Positions 26,147 to 38,431 of a DNA stretch of 64,000 bases are shown here, in pieces. The notes under the pieces were generated by a model that worked only from the letters and a program-made list of their open reading frames with translations, did not search any database and had not been told where the DNA came from. Within the stretch, counting starts at the first letter, position 1, and every line of letters begins with the position of its first letter. Location: contig CM074511.1 in assembly GCA_037379345.1 (NCBI GenBank), positions 48,428,862 to 48,492,861 of the forward strand, written 5' to 3'. Source of the DNA: Perna viridis (lineage: Eukaryota). The position numbers and the translations under genes are program-made.

Positions 26147-28216
26147 CTGCAAGATAAATAAAGCACTATTCAGTCATTTGTGCTAGTGCTGTTAGCTACA
26201 AAAGGCAATTAAATTGTAGTATAAATTATACACTATATTTATTACAGCTTCATACCCCGTATTGTAAAGACCTTATTTAAAAAGAAGAAAGTGAGCATTA
26301 TTCATTTTACACCATGAATGTGTTGTGCATCAAAATGGTGACATGACAAACAATCTCAATGAAGTTTTAAACACGATAATACACCACATGTGATAAAACA
26401 AACATTGTCACTAGACTACATCATACATACATTTCCCCTTTCCAGATATAAGATATGGCTCTCCTTTTGGTTTTTTTGGACAATAATATTGCCTGAAGAT
26501 CATACTTTTATCCATAAAATCCTAAATTTTAACGTACTCAAATGGCAGCCATTTTTGTAATAAACCAAGATAGAGGTACAATGTATACCAACAAAAGCAA
26601 TATTTACAAAAGATATTTACAACTCAATAATATCTTTCTTTGTAGCCTACAGTAGATTTTAAAATTGACGTTTTCTTTACACTTTCACTTCAGTAAACAT
26701 CTCAGACTATTCTTCTATTTTCAAAATAAAATAAATTAAGCCTAATTAAAAGAAAGCAAAGACGGACCAATAGGAAGCCATTTGAGTAAAGATCGTCTAA
26801 ATTGTATGGTTGCTAAGACTATTTTGTTGACTTGTCTTTATACGATTTCAGTCCTGTGGAGGACTTCAGGTAATTATATATTGTTGACATATAAAATGAA
26901 TCCTAATAATAGAGGGGGATAATGGCATTACACATATTATATATTCGATTACCACCTTGATAAATGATGTTCTTTATATAAGCTGGCCTACATTTTTGGA
27001 AGACGAAACCCTTTAAAAATTAGGTCTATAGCAGCACAGCTTTCCTTGTGTTCCCTAATAGCATACGTAAAGTGGCTTGTGGCTGTCATATTTTTTTTAA
27101 GTGCATATGAACACAACAAAAATTGATGTGTTACTACAGATTGTAGGAGAAGAGACATACAATCTAGTCACACAGGAATGGAAGAGGATATAATGAGAAT
27201 TCAAGACCCCTCCTGAGTATACAATAACTGGAAGAATGTCTATACTTTGTCCTTGTTCTAAGAGTGTCATTCTGTGGTGTAATCATATCATAAATCTTCA
27301 CAAGCACATTGTATATTTAATAAATAATCTGAAAAGCTAGACCTTAAAATTTATACCATCAAATGTGTTTGTTTAGAAATTAAAAGTTTTAATTTAAAAT
27401 TGAATATAAAAGTTTAAATAACAGTTTATCATTTTCATTTATCACACCAATAAATTCTGAAGTGTGAGTAGCAAAATACTTAGGTTCCGTTAGGTAAAGC
27501 TCAAAAGACTTAATTAAACAGTCCTATAAAGTAACAGCTTTGAAGTATTCATTAGCTTCTTGGATACTGATTATACAAAAGTCTTCAATAATCACTTTCT
27601 TTTTATACTTATTTTTATTAGATCACTTATTCTTCTTTAAGTGATCTTTCTAACAGTGTGAAGAAATTTAACAGACACACAGACCTAAATCATAGACACA
27701 TGCACTGTATGGCATGATCATGTGATGATATAATATACAGACCTTGATGTTAACTAGTCCATGGCATGTCACAATTGGGCTGGGCCAAGGTTTTAAGCCA
27801 ACCAAATATGTGGCATGATCATGTGATATTATCAGTTTTAGGGTATTTCAAACCTGCATAAAATGATAACCTACCTACATAAGGTAAAGCTTGGAGTTCT
27901 AAAGAGATTCAGTACTGTATACAAAACCAATTCAGATATTTTGCAAAGGCTTCTGCAAAACCTTATAACTTCTAAATGGAAAGTCAATTAAATTCTTATT
28001 GTCTTTGATTGCTAAGGGATTCAATAATCAAAGTTCTAGGTATTTCATGGCATTCCTGACAGCCCAACATTTACAGACAGGGTATACCTATATCACAAGA
28101 TCATCTGAACTCCAGTAAAAAGATAAATATAATGTAACTCAATCATGTACTATATATAACATTTGGTAGGAAGTTATCAATCGTAGCAGGTTCACTAGTT
28201 CATATAAAAAACTTAC

Positions 28217-28235
28217 CAGAATAAGAATTATTCAT
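28217..28235 (-). CDS. Possible short alternative start exon (MNNSYS), phase 1, to C2
   Basis: ATG preceded by an in-frame TAA; donor CTG|GTAAGT; phase matches C2. Short. Confidence 0.3.
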
Positions 28236-28548
28236 AACCAGATTTTAAATGTATAAAGTGTTACATCACTAATAAAATAAATACAACTTGTACTGAACAA
28301 CAAAGTTTTCAATAGGTCAAAGTTAAATATTGAATTTAAAAGTGATAATTCTAAGTATTGAATTCAAGCCAGGAGAAAATTTGTTTGCCTAATCCAAAAC
28401 TAAAGAATCTCATCTTATCAACCTGCATTGGCCATGTTTAAAGTTCCTTCATAGATTTGTGCATGTTACTAAGGACTTACTACTGTGAGAGAATAGTAAC
28501 AGCATATAACATCTACTGCTAAGTTGACCCTGACAATGTCAAACATAC

Positions 28549-28763
28549 CTTTTTCTATTGATAATGATTTTCTAGAACTGTTTTTGCTGAGAGGGCGCCT
28601 GTTGTTGTAGTCGACTAGGTTATTAGAACTGTGGCGGTCTTTCTCCTTACTGTATTCAATAAAGCTGTTTTGTTTGATTTCATCCAGTTGGGGAGAATTC
28701 CGAACTTCGTTTCCATACAATATATCTGGGTTGGAATATGGAACCGTTGGCGTACTCGAAGAA
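28549..28763 (-). CDS. C8orf89: C8orf89-like gene, first constant exon C1 (xSSSTPTVPYSNPDILYGNE...RKSLSIEK), phase 2 in, phase 1 out
   Basis: Acceptor ttttgtctctttgcag|, donor AAG|GTATGT, 215 nt within ORF 28469-28813. Confidence 0.85.
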
Positions 28764-29671
28764 CTGCAAAGAGACAAAATTATTTGAATTATAGTTGAAA
28801 CAAACAAAACCAATCAATATTACAGGCAAATTGAAATACAACACTAACATAGAAATAGAATTGAAAAAAAACAGTCAATGGAGGCATTCACAGATCACTG
28901 GGTCTGCCTTGGGTTTAATCTAAATAGTAACAGTACCCTGGGTCATTGATTCCTAATATCATCTAGGCTAAAAATCGTAAAAGTCAAGATTTAAAAGAAA
29001 TGGACTCTGTATAATATACTTGGAGTTAATTATACCCTTAGAAAAGTAGGGACAAAAAAGTAATAACTAAATCAATAAATATGTAGAACATTTCTTTTAA
29101 TGTGTAAAAACTTAAAAGATACATAATACAGATACTTAAACTTAATTCAAAGTAAATAAAATATGGTTAACAAAGATACAAGTATTGCATAAGTCAATAA
29201 TCAAATGTATTTAAAGAAGACATTCAGCTTTTAGTGGGAAAATCATTCATAAATCAGGGTTTGACACTAAACTAATCTTGCAAGGTAGCCCACATGACTC
29301 TTTGATAGATAAACATTAGGTAGTCCTGAAATTAATTTTGCAGTCTCCTGTTCTTTATAGGGCTAATGAAATTTTAAGAATTAATTTAGGTAGCCTAAAG
29401 GACCACCAACTGAAATATAAAGATTGTCCTTAAGTAACAATATCCCTAATATATTCATATTGGGTAATTGAAATTTAGCTTTGGAATTGCAGAAGCTACT
29501 CATTACTGTCTGCAACAAGGGAAGAGTTTGTGTTTCTATTCCAGCTGCAACTAATATCAAAACAGCTCTCACACATCAAAGCAAACCTAATTAATGTATG
29601 ATAGTACTTACTTAATGTACACTAAGCTGCATTTTTAAAGTAAAGTTTTAAGCTTTCTCAGATTCAAAATA

Positions 29672-29851
29672 CTGTGAAAGTACTTAAATTCGTGGATACC
29701 AATTTTTGTGGATTAGGGACGAAACACAAGTTCGTGGATTCTTGAATCTGTGTTTTTGAGGTTTTCAGTATACACACAAATGGGATTCTCTTTTTCGTTG
29801 GGAACCAAATTTCGTGGTTTAGCCTACCCACAAACAACAGTTCTTTCACAG
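29672..29851. mobile_element. MITE with TA target site (Tc1/mariner-like)
   Basis: ta|CTGTGAAAG ... CTTTCACAG|ta with internal ttcgtgg repeats. Confidence 0.65.
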
Positions 29852-30317
29852 TAGCTATATTTGTTTTTCATTAGCTATTTAATTAAGACATTACAACTTG
29901 TGACTTCTGTTTAACAGAGAAACAACAGTACTCATGTCAATAATTTTAATAAATTCTTTATTGTAAACTGTAAAGAAACATTACATCAATAATTTTTTAA
30001 GAGAATATTACAAGACCTGATAGTCCCCAATATAACTCAGTTATCATATATTATTCCACTGTAAGGGACAGATTTTCAGAATTCAGTCAACAAACCAATT
30101 TTGTAAAATTTATCATTCCTTATTATATAATTATATTGAAATTCTCAAAAGCTTATAATCAATGAAAACATGAATCCCTTATAAACAGACCAAAACCATA
30201 TAAACAGATGATGTTTTTCCCCAATTCAAAAAAGACTATATGTGATCAACCAAATACAGTTGTAGAAGAATAAAATAAAAAAAGTTTGATCCTGACTGCC
30301 TGATTACCTCCCCTTAC

Positions 30318-30394
30318 CTTGGTATTTCAGCTATCAAAGTTTTTAATGTTAGATTTGTTTTTCGAGCAGCATATCTACGAACATGGTAATCCAT
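30318..30394 (-). CDS. Variable first exon V9 (MDYHVRRYAARKTNLTLKTLIAEIP+S), phase 2
   Basis: In-frame TGA two codons before the ATG; donor AAG|GTAAGG; 77 nt = 25 codons + 2. Confidence 0.6.
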
Positions 30395-31702
30395 AGTTCA
30401 TAAGGAATTCCTTTGTTTGTCTGATATATCAGCATATCTACATAAACAAAGTGTTTTAATAGTACGAAAATTATCTCTTCACACAAATCAATCCCTCAAG
30501 ATCTGTTTGTCTATAAACATGTAAGACTGTACAGTCTTCATTTATAAAACATTTAAACATTTATTCTGACACAAGTTCCGTTGGTAATCGGAACATGCCC
30601 AACATGTTTACAGAACACTGCGTTAATACAAGTGTAATTTAATACTTATAAAGAAATGGGTTTAGTATATCCTAAATTGAATTTGAACAATATAAATCTA
30701 CTTTAAAAGTCCAAAGATTAACCTTTATTGTGGTTAGGAAAGCTAAATTACCATACATATATCAGTTATCAACTATTCATTCCTAAAAAAAAAACCTCAA
30801 TATATAGTAGTAATAAGAGTGAAACACAAAATATTCAAAGCTGAGGTCAGCTTCAGTAAGTTATCGGCTTGACAGTGGGTTATGACCCAAATCAATTTAA
30901 ATAGCTAAAATGTCCTATTGTTAAAGATATTTATAGACAGTGACAGCCCCCCCTCTCCCCCCCCCCCAAAAAAAAAAAGAAAAAGTATGCTGAATGAGAT
31001 AAACCTAGATAAGGTAGACATGATCAAGAATATCCCCTAAGGCAAAAACAGGACCAAAATGTACCAAAAACTGACGGCAATTTTCTCTAAAAATAAAATT
31101 TGACCCGTACATTATGGTCAATAGCAGTCCTAAAATTCAAAAAAGAAAACTTCAAGAATAAAGCTACAGGAATATTAATGTCATTAATGATACAAAGCAA
31201 AGGAAAGCAATCATTATGGATAAGGAATATCAAATTATTTAATTTCCAAATTAAAAGGGTGATGGAGTAAAACAAAGTATCTCTATGAGATTAATATCAC
31301 CCTCTATAAATATTGTGACCATATTGAATAGGGGTGGGGGCACAATATTTTTTTTAGAAGAAAATTGTATAAAAATACAGGAAAATCTTATCACAGTTCA
31401 AATCAACTGCTCTGCCTTCCAGAATTCTTCAAAAATTATCTTCAATGAACCATGAATGCAAGCAAATTTTTTAAGATCTTTTCATAAAGCACATTATATC
31501 TCTGTAGTTGGTTAAGTAATTCTAGATAAATCAGATCCATGATTTGTCAAATTTTCCACTATTAGTCTCACTAAATCAATTATCTGTAAACATATTACAG
31601 TCAAAAACCATTTAATTCCTGCAGTGCCAAGAAACAATGAAACAAGCTAGATATAGCATGCACAATTAAAAAATAAAATGTCAAAATATTACTGTAACTT
31701 AC

Positions 31703-31818
31703 AGATTTAGTGAGTTTACGTTTCGCTGATTTTTCACCCGAACTGGATATAACCATGGACATTGGGGATAAATCACTGTTGCCTTCTTCACTGGTCGAAG
31801 AAAGTCATAATCCTGCAT
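31703..31818 (-). CDS. Variable first exon V8 (MQDYDFLRPVKKATVIYPQCPWLYPVRVKNQRNVNSLN+L), phase 2
   Basis: aaaATG after an in-frame stop; donor TCT|GTAAGT; 116 nt = 38 codons + 2; CpG-retaining island in a CpG-poor intron. Confidence 0.6.
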
Positions 31819-34114
31819 TTTGATGATGAACGTAAGTCCAAAGATCCATCAATTAACCAAAATCATGACTTTTTACACATCTCACCAAAGTAAGAAATAT
31901 TCATACATGTAACTCATTCTTCATTTTAATGGCAGTTCATAACTGCAGTAAATCATTAGAAGTGTTAGCTTTTCACGGCACTAAAATTTAATACCAACAC
32001 TTCAATTAAAAATTCTCAATTTAATATTTCAAAAAAAGTAATTCTTAAGTCAACACTTATGAATTGTAGGGATAGGTCAAGCAGTTCACATCATGTTTGA
32101 ATTGTATTTAATACAAAAGTCCTCCTGAACAGCCCAAGCCTTTCAAATCAAACACAAATCAACATATGTAATCATATGTAAATTTTCCACAGTTTAACAG
32201 AAACGGCAGACTCTGAGTCCTTATTTGTTACACTTCTTCAGAATCGATTTTAAACAACTTTAGTGCGCTTGAAACCACATGAATAAGATTTATGACTAAA
32301 TCATAGGTTTAAATAAATGCACCATCACTATCTTTTGTATTTTATGCCGAGATTTTAAAACAGTTCTTATCACAGATTTTTATCTATTGTCCTGATAGTT
32401 ACATCTGATCAATATCAATTCCAAAAAGTTTAAAATTTTAATAACCATGTCGCTGAGACTCCGATGGATCATATATATGTAGAGCACTCCATCCTGTTTA
32501 TAATAACACTATTATAGCCACATCTGAGTAGCAAGCGCCAGTTAATATATCAGAAAACTCTGCAAAATTAAAGTTTTAAAAGGACAAAAGTCAATACATT
32601 ATTGTTTATATTAAAATTGTTTAAAGTCAAAGGATAAACAATGAGCTGATTTTTGAATAACCGATAATCCACCTCATTCAATTTAACCTTTCATTAAAGA
32701 ATAGGAACTCACACAATAGCACTACAAAAGAAAAGTCCCTGATAAAAACAGCATTCAAAATCCAGGGGATCAACATTTTGTTTAGTGATTGATTCATATC
32801 TGAATGCATATTCTATATGTCATGTTTAAGAAATCATAATGCCTTAACTTTTAAAAACCACCACCAAAATTTGCTGTTTATAACCAGAGTTGGTAAAGTG
32901 TCAAGTTTCATACTGCTTTATAAGGGGATCATATTACATGGTAGTACATGTCCATTTCATCAAAGTCCCCATATAAAAAATATTCATTTATCTTATGCAA
33001 GTTTCAAAATAAGCTTTTCATGGCATAATATATCTACACAATAAAAGAATTATATATTGAATTTTATTTGAATTGGACCTTTAAATAAAGAATTTTAATT
33101 TCAAAAGTATGGTTTGGTAATATGGTATAAGGGAGATAACTCATGCTAATACTAAGTTTTGTTTTCTTAATTACAAGTTTTATTAATGGTGAACACTTAC
33201 ACAAAATTTAAAAACCATTTCATTAATGGTACAATGATTTTTGTTTCATCTGCAATCTCATATTAAAGTATCAAAAATGAATTGACTTTGGGGTTACATA
33301 TAGTTGCTTCAGCAGAGGGTGTTATGTTAGTGTAACATACTCCAAAATGTATCACCCACAATTAGGTATTGATTGATATATTTAATTTGTCTCCTTAACA
33401 CCCTGAAGCATAGAGCAATCAGCTTAACATCTGAAAGCATTCAGAAAAAACTGTCAAAGGCATAAACATAGCAATAGTTTGGAAAAAGGTATGACACATT
33501 TATTTAATCTAAAAAAAAAGTTTTTATCAGTAGGCTAACTGTGAGCCTACAGGGAATTGTCATTTGTTTTATTACAAACTATGAAATGTTTACTTTTTAG
33601 TATTTGACAAACCACACTTGATGTTCCCATCTTAAATACCAACATAAAGACACTAAAAATAGGTCCACTAAGTTTATAACACAGACAATGTCTTGTGCGC
33701 TTTCACTAATGTTCCATGGTATATTGAATAAGTATAAATATATGAATGCTACAAGAAAGAAAAAACTTGTTTATAAGATTAAAATATATAACATACATGG
33801 GACAATATAAAAATGATGCCATTTAAAGGATGTGGGCCATTTAACCAAGGATTCTGACCACAAGAATGGGCCAATTACAAAAGCCATTTAAATGTCCAAA
33901 ACTTACTTTGAAATTTGTGAAAAAAACAAACTTTATTATTGTTAAAATTGCAGATTTGTAAACGGTCAGGTGGGAGAAAAGTACAAAAAATTAGTAACAG
34001 AAATTGATAAAAACATATTTTTCACAAGTTGGCACTATATTGAACACCGTCAGTTCCTTACATTCAGTAAGACTACATAGTGTCTTTTCTACCACTAAAA
34101 CGCATGTTTTTTTT

Positions 34115-34263
34115 CCATCCTCCCAAGTAAGGGTTTTGAGTCCACTCTCAACCGGAGAAGCCACAAATCGAATTGGCTGGATGATACCAGCTTAATATGA
34201 ATGAGTGATGTCAGGAGTTTGAGAGAGTGAGGATGGACTCAAAACCCTGACTTGGGAGGATGG
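34115..34263. mobile_element. MITE with ~29-bp terminal inverted repeats
   Basis: ccatcctcccaagtaagggttttgagtcca ... tggactcaaaaccctgacttgggaggatgg; both flanks are g(t)n, a possible TSD. Confidence 0.75.
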
Positions 34264-35129
34264 GTTTTTTCACGCAATTAAAGAAAACAAATCTTCTGCT
34301 AGAGCAAGAAAGGCTGATAACCTTCTTTTCAAGTTACAAAAAACACCCAAAAACAAAACACACGAGCAGTAGACATTACATAGCTTACTAGGACATCCTG
34401 ACTATGTGAATGTCCTAAGTCTTTAGTCCAACTGACAAGACAGTCATACCAATGTAGGGAAAAGATTTTAGATCAACACTAAATCTATATTTTTTCATTT
34501 ACTACTTAACATTTTCTTGTCACTTCTTAGTTTAAAAAATAGTCTTGTCATAACTTTTTCACTGGAGAGTTTGTATATAAGAACATTTATTGTCATGGGT
34601 TTGGCCAAACGTATAAATCTAAATAGTCTAATTTTGGCATCAACTAGATGCTTTTCTATGAACAAAATACTGGGAAAGTTTTATTCTAAAATATCTTAAC
34701 AAGTGTTAGTGTCATCTAATTTTCTGGACTGCACCAACTTTCACTATTTTTTCTTATGACAAATAAGCTTGAAAAATTGTACCTGCTAAATGATTGCTCA
34801 TAGAAAAACACCTATCCTTTAAAGACACTCCAATAAAAATTTCAAGTAATACCTGCACCTTAACACAGAATAATGCTCTTTTGACAATAATCTAGTACCA
34901 ACCTCTATTATACAGAATATAGACAAGTCAAAACAGAAAATATCACAGTAAGCCAAATAGGAAATAGGCGATATATTTCAGTAACACGGCAGTATCCTGA
35001 GATAGAAAGTATCATGCATTAAGATCAATAAGAAAACTTTCAAGTTGCCTATACAGTACCTCAGCAGTCTTTAAATGTAATCACACATTATGATATCTGA
35101 TATCACTACACTTTATATACAATACTTAC

Positions 35130-35326
35130 TGTGTCGAGCTGCAGAAATAAGGCCCTGATGTTGCTGGCCTAACTCGTTCTCTTTCAGAGAGTAATGTCAC
35201 GGAACTGTTCCTCCCATAAACATTTCTCAATCGAGAGTTTTGTCTTAGAGAAAAGAACTGCCCAGTTTTTGGCCTTCCTGCCGAAGTTATTATCATCACA
35301 TTTTGAAATCTTTCAAAATCACTCAT
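35130..35326 (-). CDS. Variable first exon V7 (MSDFERFQNVMIITSAGRPKTG...RLRNVYG...RPATSGPYFCSST+H), phase 2
   Basis: ORF 35126-35326 ends at donor ACA|GTAAGT; 197 nt = 65 codons + 2. Confidence 0.7.
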
Positions 35327-38183
35327 TTAGATGTTTGAGTGAAACACTTGTAATAAATAAATTTGTTTTAAAAGAGCATCAGATCCAAGCTTATAACACT
35401 CAGAATACATATTAATCCTATACTATTGCAAGGTTTGATAACTTTCCGGTTAAGGTTTATCAATTCAAAGGTTTAAATGAATATTTCAATGACAAAAGAT
35501 ACACTAACTTTAACATCATCAAATATGTATATAGCCATTTACGTATCCAAATAAATCCATAAGATAATCTGTCCCAAACTAATACTCTTGAAGGACAAAA
35601 CACAAAAAAGTCTTTCAAATTACAGTTCTCAAGCAAGTGTTCAATTCACCTTACTATATATAGAGATTGTACATGTCCTTACAACAACAGAAATATTGAC
35701 ACAAAGATGAAATTTAAACTAAGAAACTGATTACTTGATATTAGACTACTATTTGTAGAAAAATATCCAATCTAGGATAATAAAATCAATAGTGAGTTCC
35801 TACTGAGACAATATTCCTGATCATTTTGAATTTTCATATTTCCTGAGGGTCAACAAAGTTAAATCAACAGCAGATCTCCTCAAGGTTGAATTTAAAGTTA
35901 AAAGCTAATTTCTCAGACACCAACAATCATAGAAAATTACACAATCAAAATTGGTTATCACTTAGCAACTACTATTAATTGTTACCGAAAAAAAACTCCA
36001 ATTAAGTTTTATTGTAACACATTTTGAAGATGAAACATGTCTCGTCAATCTGAGATCGATATACAGTCTTCTGATTATTGATAAACAATAATTATTCCAT
36101 GATAAACGTTGCCGTAATAATACTTTTCCTGTTACATCAAAAAGGTAACCATTCGAGGAGGTTTTCACTGGGAGAATGAAGGTAATTGTACTACATGTAT
36201 TTTCCTGCAAGTTCCTGGTGAAGGCAGTTATCTGGAATAATTTGCCACAAATTTCCTTTCAGAAGAACTTTAAGTTAATGAATACACTGCATATTAGTAA
36301 CCAAGATTTTTTTTAAACATCCTCATATGATTGAATCGCTAGGAAATTTTCAACCACACACACCTTAATCTTATAACTTAAGTCTTTGAAGTACCTCAAA
36401 TGTGCACAATCAAAATTTTACAATCACTTTTAAGATTAAAAATTTATTGCAATTCCTGTAAATTATTCACAATGCTTAAAAATCCATGTAATAAATATAT
36501 AAACCTTATGATATATTTGTCTCAAGTATGACATTCAACTTCACTGTGCATTGAAGGATAAAATTGAGTTATTTCCCTTTTGGTTCATTCGATGATATTG
36601 TAGCTGTAACACCAGTTATGACATAAGTCAAATATACATTTAGTAAGACTACAGAGTGATAAATACACAAGAAATACAAAACATGTATATATAATTTAAT
36701 TTGTAATAGGCCAATAACAATTTCCCATTTAATTGCAGGTTCCAACAAAAACTTTTAAAAAGACCTTTTGTTGTTCATTGGTAACAAATTGTATCTTAGA
36801 TTCCATCTAAAGAAAATTAAAAAGAAAATAACTTACTTAAATTGTAATGAAAGATAAAGGACTTTAAAAGCATACAGAAAAGTAAAGTTTCATTACATAA
36901 ACTTAAAAATGCTGAGTCAACTTCTGAGTGGATTACATAGGGTATAATATGTGATTCTGGTTACATTTGTACGGATGCTTTATACAACATCTTGATAAAT
37001 CAAAGATACATTTCTACTGGCTGAATTTTACTAAGCAAATACAATGTAGTTACATAAAGGTAAATCCAAGCCCCCACCTGCCTCATGCTTTTAAAGTTTG
37101 GCTGATTAAAAAGATGGAAAACACTGGAGCAGGCCCCCTTTTCAGAATTTGTGGATATGCCACAAAGTAACCCTGAAGCAGGTAATACCTGCTGATTTTC
37201 TTTTCTAGTTTTTGACACCAAATGGAAATGTTAGTGCAAGTTATTTTATTAAGTCTGACCTCTTCAAGAAAGAAAAACACACTACTCTCTGGATCTCTTG
37301 TTCTTTATTCATAAAGAAACCCATTGCCAGCAAAATGTGTTAAACCTTTTAAAGATGTGAGTTTTTTAATGTCTTTCAGCTCAAACATATTGAATTCAAC
37401 TGATGAAGGAAGTTTGTCAGATCAAAGATGTTTACCCGCCTTTTTTTCAATCAAAAACAATTTATAGTATTAGTTATTTTTTTTTAAGTTTACCTGTGGA
37501 GAATCATGCATATGGTAAAAGAAATGTCATGCACATCTACACAAAGTTAGGAATAACTGTCAGGTTTCCGATCAAACAATTGAAATCACAACCTTTGTAA
37601 CAGACAGACAGACAAAAGTAATGTATATTCAATGACTGCAAAGAAATAAGGACCATGAGGACATCGAGGAAAATATTCAAGAAAATCCATATTTTAAGTA
37701 CCATTTATGTTTTTAAATGTTGTAACACAAGTTCAAGGTAAAATGATATTGAAATTTTTCGCCAAAATCCACAAATATGAAGAAATGTGCAGAAAGTTTC
37801 AGAAATGCTCGATCAAAAATGTATGTTTTTTTAAATACCGCTGAAGAAACTAAAAGATGTAGAAAATTAGCTGGAGAAGAAACTTACGGCAAAAACAAGA
37901 CAAGTTATTTAATAACAATGATATATAAACATGGAGACAGACTATTCTTACCAATGAAATCATTCTCAGTTCAAAGACTTGCTTTCTATTCTGGATTGTA
38001 CAGGTAAAAATAGTTCCTGCCTTTAACAATTGTCTTATAAGTATTAGCTCAGTAACTTAGACACTAATAAAATATAAACGTGTAAAAAAATTTTCTTCTA
38101 ATGTCCTTAGAACCTCTAGTATGAGTGACTCAACTTAATACAACAAAGTTAACCAAATCTAACACATAATATGTCATACTTAC

Positions 38184-38431
38184 TACACACTGCATATACT
38201 CATAGGAACCCACTGATATTTTTTCCTTGTCCTATTTCTCTGCGAGGCAGAAAATACATGTTGAACATTCAACATACAGTATTGTTTGTTAGGGAGACTA
38301 CAACAACACTCAGTTAAATCCTTAGATGATCGTTGAGAATGACTACTCTGTAGCAAGTCATACCGTTCAAACTGGGCTTGTAACAGTAAACCCTGCTGTA
38401 AAGTTTTCCACTGCATAACACTTTTCTCCAT
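38184..38431 (-). CDS. Variable first exon V6 (MEKSVMQWKTLQQGLLLQAQFERYD...WVPMSICSV+Y), phase 2
   Basis: The stop of ORF 38183-38431 overlaps donor GTA|GTAAGT; 248 nt = 82 codons + 2. Confidence 0.65.

Noticed and set aside
35962-36210. 82-aa minus-strand ORF as another variable exon
   Set aside because: Starts at TTG and has no phase-2 consensus donor.
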